59,477 nt of DNA from a virus (Duplodnaviria; Caudoviricetes), in IMG/VR virus record IMGVR_UViG_3300024051_000139, positions 1-59,477 of that record; one strand, 5' to 3'. Positions 19,132 to 26,848 of this stretch are shown here, piece after piece. Both the position numbers and the translations under genes were made by a program. The notes under the pieces are model-generated. The model was not told the DNA's origin, did no database searches, and saw nothing but the letters and a program-made list of their open reading frames with translations. Numbering within the stretch: the first letter of the stretch is position 1; every line of letters begins with the position of its first letter.

Positions 19132-19263
19132 CGTGTCTGGAGGAATCAAGCGCAGAGTTTTCCACAGCCATTCTTGGCCGTGCTGCCCCTGTGTTGCCCA
19201 AGCAAATTTTCGGGAAACACCGAATTAGTCACCCAATCTAATGCGCTGTATTTTAATGGTTTT

Positions 19264-19311
19264 TGGTGAGCGCGCAGGGATTCGAACCCTGGACCTACTG
19301 ATTAAAAGTCA
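19264..19311. repeat. att site: 48-bp copy of the tRNA-Lys 3' part
   Basis: TGGTGAGCGCGCAGGGATTCGAACCCTGGACCTACTGATTAAAAGTCA, identical to 57744-57791. Confidence 0.97.
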
Positions 19312-19443
19312 TCGTTGGCTTGAGTGTTATCAATGCGGTATCGGACATGTCCCGTGAGACTTTAGCCAACGTGCGTTGACGTACGTAGTTTGGTGGAGCG
19401 TAACCATTTCGAACCACCGACCCCGCGTTTGCCGTGGCGAAGA

Positions 19444-19758
19444 TCAGACCGACCGCCCCATCCGTCGCAGGACAAACAGCATCAAGGCATCGGATATCCA
19501 CATCGCGCTGACGCCGATCAGAAACCCAACGGCGCCGAAGGCGGCGAGCGGATCGTCCGGCAACGGGATCGAGAGCGCGTGCACCAGGTGCACGCCGGCC
19601 GCAGTCAGGTAACCGGCCGCCAGCGCGCCGCAGGCCGGCGACACCACGCGTTCACGGAGCGAGTGCTGCCGGGCCGACAGCGCCCGCAGCAAGCCGCCGG
19701 CGCCACCGGCGACGAGCACAAGGGGATCGAGGCCGAGGGCGTTGAGAAAGTCCTTCAT
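19444..19758 (-). CDS. Holin-like membrane protein
   Basis: Start MKDFLNALG at 19758; 2-3 hydrophobic segments; end of lysis cassette. Confidence 0.65.
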   Translation of the reverse strand: MKDFLNALGLDPLVLVAGGAGGLLRALSARQHSLRERVVSPACGALAAGYLTAAGVHLVHALSIPLPDDPLAAFGAVGFLIGVSAMWISDALMLFVLRRMGRSV

Positions 19759-20288
19759 GCCTGATCCTTCCGCCCGCTTGTCGCGCGAATGACGGTATGG
19801 CCGCCCATGTAGAGGCCGATGTAGACGGTATAGAGCGTGCTGAACGTGCCGAGATCGATCCCCATCTCGACACCCGCCGGCGCGCCGGCCGCTTCCATGG
19901 CGGCATTGATGAGCGGCCGCGCGATAATGAACCAGGCGAGGCATCCGTGCATCAGCCACATGCCGGCCGGCCGCCAGAGCCAGCCGAACTGCGTTTCCTT
20001 CTGCATCTCCGCGAGCATGAGCCGATTCGCCTCGCGCTGCTGACGGGTGAAGGCCTCCACCAGTGCCGGTGTTTCGGCCTCGACGGCCGCGACGGCCGCC
20101 TCGAGCTCTGGCGCCGGCACATTGCCGAGCTCATCGGCTGGCACTCCCGCCTTGCCGGCGATCGCGTCGATCACGACGCCGCCGAGTTCGCCGGCCGTCC
20201 CGCCGAGCTTGTCCTCGAGGAGCCGCTTGACGATCGGGGCCCCGGCCTTTGCGGCAGCGGTGATGAGGATGGAGATGATCGGGCTCAT
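19755..20288 (-). CDS. Holin-like membrane protein
   Basis: Start MSPIISIL at 20288; 'GWLWRPAGMWL', 'GLYMGGHT' plus transmembrane segments. Confidence 0.65.
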   Translation of the reverse strand: MSPIISILITAAAKAGAPIVKRLLEDKLGGTAGELGGVVIDAIAGKAGVPADELGNVPAPELEAAVAAVEAETPALVEAFTRQQREANRLMLAEMQKETQFGWLWRPAGMWLMHGCLAWFIIARPLINAAMEAAGAPAGVEMGIDLGTFSTLYTVYIGLYMGGHTVIRATSGRKDQA

Positions 20289-21034
20289 GCAGCCGCCTCC
20301 GCATAGGCTTGTGCGCGCGCATCGTGCGCCCGCTTCCGGATATAGATCATGAAGGCGATGCCGACGGCGATCGCAGCGGCCACGCCGAGCACCCACAGCG
20401 TCGCGGCGTCGAGGCCGCCGGCATCGATCGCCGCTCCACCGCCGACCGTCGCGCCGCCGGCGCCGGTCGTCTTCGCCGCGGTCTCGGTGGTCTTCGCCGC
20501 CTTCCGCGCCGCCTCGGCCTCGGCCCGGGCGTTGTCCTGGATGCGGGTCTCGGTGGCGCCCATACACGCAAGCGCCATGGCGACGCCCCTCACCTCGATG
20601 TCGGCAACACGCCGCCCCCAGCCTTTGCCGAAAGTTCTCCAGATCGCCAGCGACTGCATGAAAGATAGCCGGGCGCGGCAGACCTTCTTGACGGTGGCGG
20701 AATGATCGTTGCTGCCGACGGACGCCTTCAGCCACCTCAGGCCCCGTGACACGCCGGAATTGACCGAGGCGTCATAGACGGCAAGATCCACGCCGGGCAC
20801 AAGCCGGGGCGCGCCACAGGCATCCCAGAACCAGGTGCGGTAGATGGCGAGCGCTTCCGCCTTCGTGACCGATCGCACGGATCGGGGTGCAAGCCCCCTG
20901 CTCCGGCGCCACTTGTCGTAGTTGGCCTGGGTCACCCCGTACATGGTCTTACCGCCCGGGTCAGCCGGATGATCGCTCCAGCCGCCCTCCCATTTGGCGG
21001 TGATGGCGTGGCAAATCGCGAAACGGTCTGACAT
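20285..21034 (-). CDS. Endolysin, glycoside hydrolase family 108, with C-terminal transmembrane segment
   Basis: 'WEGGWSDHPADPGGKTMYGVT', 'FGKGWGRRV'. Confidence 0.9.
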   Translation of the reverse strand: MSDRFAICHAITAKWEGGWSDHPADPGGKTMYGVTQANYDKWRRSRGLAPRSVRSVTKAEALAIYRTWFWDACGAPRLVPGVDLAVYDASVNSGVSRGLRWLKASVGSNDHSATVKKVCRARLSFMQSLAIWRTFGKGWGRRVADIEVRGVAMALACMGATETRIQDNARAEAEAARKAAKTTETAAKTTGAGGATVGGGAAIDAGGLDAATLWVLGVAAAIAVGIAFMIYIRKRAHDARAQAYAEAAA

Positions 21035-21116
21035 GGAAAAGGCTCCACCTGATGAGGATGGAGCCGAGTGTAAGGGCCGGCCGATAGGGTCAAATGCGCC
21101 AGGCACCATAGGCGCT

Positions 21117-23708
21117 TCAAATGCCAGCGAAGGCTTTCAAATAGCCGGCCGTCCGATAGACGGCCTTGCGCGTGGTGTTGTCGATCACGGCGGTGACACC
21201 CGCCGATCCCGTTATGATCGAGAAAGTCCCCGCCGCCTGATTGACGTCGCACACCTGCGTCCCGACGCAGTCCTTGGTGCCAGCGTCCGTGACGGCGAAC
21301 TGGATCGCCTCGCAGTCCGTATCCATTTGATCGGCAGCGAAAGGCGCATATTGCAGTGTTATCTTGGCAGGTGACGGCTGCTGGTTTGTGGTTTTCTTCA
21401 AGCCTAGCGGCAGATCGGAATAGTATTGGCCGGCTCCAATAGCCACGGCCCCGCCCGTCGGCATCGCGATGGATGACAGGTTCACCTCATGCCAGCCGTT
21501 GGTGCCGTCAGACACCGCAAAAATTTCGCGCAGATGGCTTGTAAGCGGGTCAGTTGGGAAGCGATTGCCCGACACCTTATGCTTGTCGGTGCCGTCCCAA
21601 TTGGCGGAGGCTCCGTAAAGGATGCAGTGGTTGACGTTCCCGCCGTAGAGATCGTTGGCGGCCAGCACCAACTCAGTCGCCGCCGCCGCACTTTGCTTTA
21701 TGACGTGCACCGCTGCATTGGCACCAGACCCCAACGCGGCGGCAAAGTTTCCTCTCACTTTGTTGTTTCCAGCGAACGTGAACCCGCGCGGCATGTTGAT
21801 GACGACGACACCCGTTTCTTGAGCGATGGAGCGGGTAAGTTCGAATATGTTCCCCTCCGCGACACCTTCGACGCCGAAGAATGTCGCGGCGGTCGCCGCC
21901 GTGCTCGTAGAGCCGGTTGCATCGATATTGACAATGTTCAGCGCCGAAATGACCTTCTTCCAGCGCTTGACCGATAGGTCGGCGTCTCCTGCATTGCTGC
22001 CAATATAGATACCGATGCGAGCGAGCCCGGTGACGATATTGTGGCTCACGTCCACGCCATCAAATGTGCCTGCATTGTTGAAAAGGTTGATGCCGCGCGC
22101 ACTCGCATGGTTGGTGCGGACGCGATTGCCTGTGATGGTTAGGCCCGAGACGACAAGATTAGCAGCAGGGTCCAAAAGCACCCCATTCGAATTTGCCAGA
22201 TAAGCCGCATCGATGTCGTTGCTGGCGATGCGAATGCCTTTGTATTCGGTATTCGCACCATGGCAGAAATGCACAGCCCCATTAATGCCTTTGTGCAGGA
22301 TGTTGTTTCCATCGACGACGATGTCCACATTCGGCGTGTCGTCCAGGTAAAGGCCCCAAATGCCCAGCGAGTCAGCCGAGTCGATTTGAACCACGCTATC
22401 GCCCGTCGCCAGCATCTGACGGCACACGTTTTTCTCGACGCGGACGCTCTTGCACGAGCAGATGTCGACAAAGTGCTGGTCGTGGTTGCCGCTGTGGACG
22501 CCCCGCACCACGACGTTTTCAGCGTGCCCGAACGCTATCAGGTCACCAAGTCCGCGCGTGGCGCTGTCGTCTCCGTCTTCGACATAGAAGTTCTCCAACG
22601 TGATGTTGCCAGCGGCGTCATAGCCGCCCTGCGTGTCGTAGCCTTCGTTGACCATGAGGACGCCGTTGAGACCGCGCTCTGAGGGAAGACGGCTGATTTT
22701 GGTGAGGTGCCCGGAGCCCTGCAGTTGAAGTCCCTCGGGCAGCAGGAGGCAGGCCTTGTCGTGGATTGAGCGGGCGCGGCTGAGATAGGTGGTACCGGGA
22801 GGCAGAACGACGCGCCGGTTCAGCACGCTGCCCGCGATGAAAGTCTTCTGGATTTCGGCCGTATCATCGGTGCCATTGAACTGCGCGCCGATCATCTTGG
22901 GATTGAGAATTGGCGATGCTACTTCCCAATAACCGCCGTCGCCGGGGTCGATCGTCCCGTTTGGGAGAAACCTGTCGGCCGACCGGATGTAGAAGTCGTG
23001 CGTCGTTGGCTTCGCCGAAACGCGCGCAAGCAAAGTCGGCACGCCGTCGTTTGCCGCAAGTGCGCCGAACGTTTCGATGTAGTTCATGCCTGAAGGGAAA
23101 GCCAAGAATGCCATGCCGGCGACGGTGGCGGTCTTCGGCACTTCTTTCTCGGCCACGATGTCATTGACGAAGCCGGCGGCCTGGTCACGCGCGGTTTGCG
23201 CATCGGCGGCCAGTTGCACGATATCTGGGCCGGCGACCAGCCGTCCCCCCTGCCGCATCAACGTGCGGCCGTCGGCAACCCCTCCGACGACGGTAAGCCC
23301 GTCGCCGGCGCCGTAGTCCATCTTCAGGCCGCGAGCCACGTCCCGGGCGAGTTCCTGCTGGATGATGCGCGAGCGGTCGAGCTCGTCATCGGTAAGGCGG
23401 CTGCTGAAGCGACCATCGTTCACGATCGAGCCCAGCCGATCGAGGATCGTGTCACCGAGCACAAGGATCTTTTCGCCCGAGGCGCGGCCGGTATGAAACG
23501 TTACCATGCCGCCCTCGACCGCGCCGGCGCCGGTCACGTCATAAAGGGTCGGCGAAAGGGCCTGCCAGACACCGTCCTCTATGCGGCGCGCGACCGTAAT
23601 GTCCTCGTTCTGCTGAAACGGAAAGGAAATCGCAAACTGCGTCTGGCCCTCGCTAGCGTCGATAACACGATAGCGAGGATCTTCTTCGATCGGCAGGACG
23701 GCGCTCAT
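21117..23708 (-). CDS. Tailspike/receptor-binding protein (podovirus anchor plus beta-helix depolymerase-like domain)
   Basis: N-terminal 'GQTQFAISFPF' anchor; 'GAQFNGTDDTAEIQ...PPGTTY' pectate-lyase-3-like motif; Asn-rich beta-helix repeats. Confidence 0.82.
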   Translation of the reverse strand: MSAVLPIEEDPRYRVIDASEGQTQFAISFPFQQNEDITVARRIEDGVWQALSPTLYDVTGAGAVEGGMVTFHTGRASGEKILVLGDTILDRLGSIVNDGRFSSRLTDDELDRSRIIQQELARDVARGLKMDYGAGDGLTVVGGVADGRTLMRQGGRLVAGPDIVQLAADAQTARDQAAGFVNDIVAEKEVPKTATVAGMAFLAFPSGMNYIETFGALAANDGVPTLLARVSAKPTTHDFYIRSADRFLPNGTIDPGDGGYWEVASPILNPKMIGAQFNGTDDTAEIQKTFIAGSVLNRRVVLPPGTTYLSRARSIHDKACLLLPEGLQLQGSGHLTKISRLPSERGLNGVLMVNEGYDTQGGYDAAGNITLENFYVEDGDDSATRGLGDLIAFGHAENVVVRGVHSGNHDQHFVDICSCKSVRVEKNVCRQMLATGDSVVQIDSADSLGIWGLYLDDTPNVDIVVDGNNILHKGINGAVHFCHGANTEYKGIRIASNDIDAAYLANSNGVLLDPAANLVVSGLTITGNRVRTNHASARGINLFNNAGTFDGVDVSHNIVTGLARIGIYIGSNAGDADLSVKRWKKVISALNIVNIDATGSTSTAATAATFFGVEGVAEGNIFELTRSIAQETGVVVINMPRGFTFAGNNKVRGNFAAALGSGANAAVHVIKQSAAAATELVLAANDLYGGNVNHCILYGASANWDGTDKHKVSGNRFPTDPLTSHLREIFAVSDGTNGWHEVNLSSIAMPTGGAVAIGAGQYYSDLPLGLKKTTNQQPSPAKITLQYAPFAADQMDTDCEAIQFAVTDAGTKDCVGTQVCDVNQAAGTFSIITGSAGVTAVIDNTTRKAVYRTAGYLKAFAGI

Positions 23709-23761
23709 GGATGTCGACCCCTAAGATTTGATGGGTCGATCGTTCCATGCGGGAAGTCTGG

Positions 23762-26700
23762 TCAACCGCCAGGCGCGTCTCGCCCGCGCCCCTTCGGCTC
23801 GACGCCGATCGTCTTGTTGAAACCGTCCTCGAGGCCGTCGAGAAGGCGACGGATATAGAAGAGGTTCTGCGCAGGGAGCAGACGGCGCATCTGATAAGTA
23901 TCATCGGCCTTCCATTCCTGCCCGCCGCCGGCGGCTTTCGCCGCGAGTTTTGCCAAGCTGGAAACGGTGGTCTCAAACTTGCCGTACACGGGGCCGAGCA
24001 GAGCAGCGCCAGGTGAACGGCTGATGTAGCGCGCATCCGGCATGTCGGCCCCGATCACCCGGAACATATCAACCGCGCCGCCAGTCCATTTGGAGGTGAT
24101 GGCATTGCCCTCCTGATACCAGCCGAGAATACCCGAGCGTGAGACTCCTGCCTTGATCCAGTCCGAGGCGTCCTTCGGCGCCGGTCGGTTCGCGACATGG
24201 CTATAGACATATTCGGCCAGCACTCCGAGCGCGATTGCCGACGCCATGCCGGAGAGCGCCTGATGATCGCGCGCTTGCAGGCTGCGCACCAGCAGCCGCT
24301 CATTGGCAGCTGTGACGAAGGTTTTGTACTGTAGGATCAGTGATGCGATCGGCTTGCTCATCATGAGGGGCTTTTCCGCCCCCGGCGTCAGCACCATGAT
24401 GTCGACATCGCGGGCAAGCATACCTTCGAAGGCCTCTCTCGCACCCTTGTCGCCCCAGTTTCCCGTATTCGGGATGCGGATCCCGTCGATGACATCGGAA
24501 CCGCCATCGGACGAAAGCTGCTTCCAGATGCGTTCGGCCATCACACTGTCGATGCCGCCTTCCGCAAGATCGCGGATCTGCCGCGGCTTCGCTCTGCCCG
24601 CAGCGAGCGCCTCGACGGCGCGCGAGATTTCCGAGCCTGAGACCATGCCGGCGGAGACCTTGGCAAAATCCGTCCAGGGCGCCAGCATGTTGGCGAGGCC
24701 GAACTTGTCGGCCGCGACATTCACCGCCCGCTCGAAGCGAGACGTCGGCGCATGGACGTCCATCACGTCATAGAAACTATGGGTGCGGCTATTGAGGTAG
24801 GTCTCGGCCGCGATGCCAAGCGCGCGCAACTGGTCGCGATAGGCTCCGCGAGCACGCCGCGCCTCCGGGCTGGCGACCTGCCGGATGAAGGGCAACCAAG
24901 CGTTCCGGAAAGCAGACGTCATGCCGTAACGCCATTGTAGGCCGGCAAGATCCGCGAGCGACGACCACATCGCGCCGCCGAGATTGGTGATGATGTCGAA
25001 GCGGGCCGCCGTCCCGGCCATGCGCCCGAGGAACCGCTGCGCCGGATCGGAAGAATAGCCGTAGACATGACGCACTCGGTCGCGCATGGCGGCAAGATCC
25101 TTCACGACATTCTCGTATTCCTTCCGGATATTCTTCCGCACCGCCTCTGAGGTCGCGCCGTTCTCTTTCGCCGCCGCCTCATCCTTGATCTTGCGGAAAA
25201 CCTCCGTCATCTCGACATCGCCGAACCGCTCCGTCAGCAGCACATCGGGCACCATTGTCCGCAGATAGGCCTCCGCCGTCCGCTGCACGTCGCGCTCGAT
25301 GAACTCGGCAACCAGATTGTCGGGGATCAGGAATACCCGCCCGGCGAGCGGACCCCGGCCGCCTCCGCCACCCCTGCCGGAGCGTTCACGCCCGTCGTAC
25401 GGTAACCGCCCATCCGGGTTTCCGACAATGCGGTCGATGATCTCGTCGGCAAGGTCTTCGATCTCCTTCCGGCTGCGCAGGACGAAGGCCTTGTCCTTGG
25501 CGGCATCCTCGAGCTCGCGCCGCTCCAGCCAGTCGGCGAAGATCTGCCGCGCCTCCGGACGGCGAGCGATGAGCTTCTGCTTGTCCCAGCTGCGTATCAT
25601 GTAGCTGTCGGCCGTCGTCACGTCGATGCCCTCCGGCTGGAGCTTTGCGGCGATCGCCCGCTCCCTCCAGGGGTCGAGGATATTCTTGCGGATATAGGCG
25701 GCGGCCTCGGCAACCTCGGGAATGTCATGCGCATCGCCGTTGCGCAGGGCCCGGTCCACCTCCGCCTTGAAATCCATGAACTTCAGCTTGCCGTCCGCCG
25801 GCGTCGAGACGAGATCGCGCGCGCCGCGCAGCGAACGCTGTAACAGACTTTGCTCCGACCCAGCACGATACCGGGCAAAGACGCTGTCGAACATTTCCGC
25901 CATGCCGACGCGCGCCTTGTTCATCTCCAGGGTGGCCAGCCGCGACAGCGCCGGTCCCTGTGTCGTGGCGATGCCCTCGACATTCTCCTCGAAGATATAC
26001 GGCGTCTCCACCAGATCGACGCCGGCGCGCCGGGCGGAGGTGAAGCCCGAGTTCAGCACCCGCCGCGGCGGCGAGAGCTTGGAAGTGACATCCGGCAGCT
26101 TGTTCACCACCGGCAGGGAGCGCATTTTCAGCTCGCGCGTGTCGGACGCCGCCGCACCGGCCGACTGCGCCTGGCGGGCGATATCTTCGCCCCACGCCTC
26201 CCGATCCGCATGCAACAGGTCCGTCACCACCCGCCGCTCGGCCTGGGACATCAGCGCGCCGGCGCCGGCACCAAGCAACCCGGAGAGGATCGTGCCGGTT
26301 CCGATGTTCGCGGCGGCCTGCTTCGCAGTGTAGTCGGGCGTGGTGGCATACATCACCGCCTCGCTGATCGACGTCGAGACCGCCCCCGTCAGGGCCACGT
26401 CTGCCCCAAGCCGAAGCGCCGAGACGCCGGCGCGCGCACCGGAGAATACCTTGACGAGGGGGATGAACACGGTCGGGTCGAGCAGCCCCATGCCGACGCC
26501 GGCTACGGTCCCCATCCAGCCGGAACGGGCAAGGACCCCCCGCGCATGTTCGTCCTGGTCCCATTCCCGCATGATCGCCTCGGCCGACGCCCGGCTGCGC
26601 GCGAAGGCGAAGCGCTCCGGATCCGCCTCGTATTTCGTACCGCGGATGACCTCGAACGGATCGAACCCCTCCTCCGGCTCGACCTCCGCCCAGTTCGCGA

Positions 26701-26848
26701 GATACCGCCAGCCGCGATAGACCGGATTTTTCTCCGTTCCGCCGGCGCCGAGCACGTCTAGCAGCGACGGATCCTCCGGCACAGGCAGGGCGGGCGTGGC
26801 AAAGCGCGTGCGCAGCGGCACGAATTCGTCGGCGATCGTCGGCATCAC
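23762..26848 (-). CDS. Large internal virion (ejection) protein
   Basis: 1028-aa helical protein in the internal-virion position; C-terminal 'RRLLPAQNLFY'. Confidence 0.7.
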   Translation of the reverse strand: MMPTIADEFVPLRTRFATPALPVPEDPSLLDVLGAGGTEKNPVYRGWRYLANWAEVEPEEGFDPFEVIRGTKYEADPERFAFARSRASAEAIMREWDQDEHARGVLARSGWMGTVAGVGMGLLDPTVFIPLVKVFSGARAGVSALRLGADVALTGAVSTSISEAVMYATTPDYTAKQAAANIGTGTILSGLLGAGAGALMSQAERRVVTDLLHADREAWGEDIARQAQSAGAAASDTRELKMRSLPVVNKLPDVTSKLSPPRRVLNSGFTSARRAGVDLVETPYIFEENVEGIATTQGPALSRLATLEMNKARVGMAEMFDSVFARYRAGSEQSLLQRSLRGARDLVSTPADGKLKFMDFKAEVDRALRNGDAHDIPEVAEAAAYIRKNILDPWRERAIAAKLQPEGIDVTTADSYMIRSWDKQKLIARRPEARQIFADWLERRELEDAAKDKAFVLRSRKEIEDLADEIIDRIVGNPDGRLPYDGRERSGRGGGGGRGPLAGRVFLIPDNLVAEFIERDVQRTAEAYLRTMVPDVLLTERFGDVEMTEVFRKIKDEAAAKENGATSEAVRKNIRKEYENVVKDLAAMRDRVRHVYGYSSDPAQRFLGRMAGTAARFDIITNLGGAMWSSLADLAGLQWRYGMTSAFRNAWLPFIRQVASPEARRARGAYRDQLRALGIAAETYLNSRTHSFYDVMDVHAPTSRFERAVNVAADKFGLANMLAPWTDFAKVSAGMVSGSEISRAVEALAAGRAKPRQIRDLAEGGIDSVMAERIWKQLSSDGGSDVIDGIRIPNTGNWGDKGAREAFEGMLARDVDIMVLTPGAEKPLMMSKPIASLILQYKTFVTAANERLLVRSLQARDHQALSGMASAIALGVLAEYVYSHVANRPAPKDASDWIKAGVSRSGILGWYQEGNAITSKWTGGAVDMFRVIGADMPDARYISRSPGAALLGPVYGKFETTVSSLAKLAAKAAGGGQEWKADDTYQMRRLLPAQNLFYIRRLLDGLEDGFNKTIGVEPKGRGRDAPGG

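Larger units (their letters stand above)
1..19263. mobile_element. Element 1: phage satellite-like island (capsid-forming PICI-like) or tail-defective HK97-like prophage
   Basis: Contains integrase, AlpA-like HTH, rep with iterons, HK97 head/packaging genes and HNH; no tail tube, tail tip or lysis genes recognised. Right end abuts the tRNA-Lys att copy at 19264; left att is not in the window. Confidence 0.75.

Noticed and set aside
18188-19230. CRISPR array
   Set aside because: The palindromes differ from each other; no constant repeat, regular spacing or cas genes.
19264-19311. Second tRNA-Lys gene
   Set aside because: Only the 3' 48 nt are present; the D arm and 5' acceptor strand are missing, so it is an att copy.
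21117-23708. Tailspike as a third DGR target
   Set aside because: No TR-like sequence seen at its 3' end or elsewhere by eye; a local alignment would be needed to exclude weak matches.
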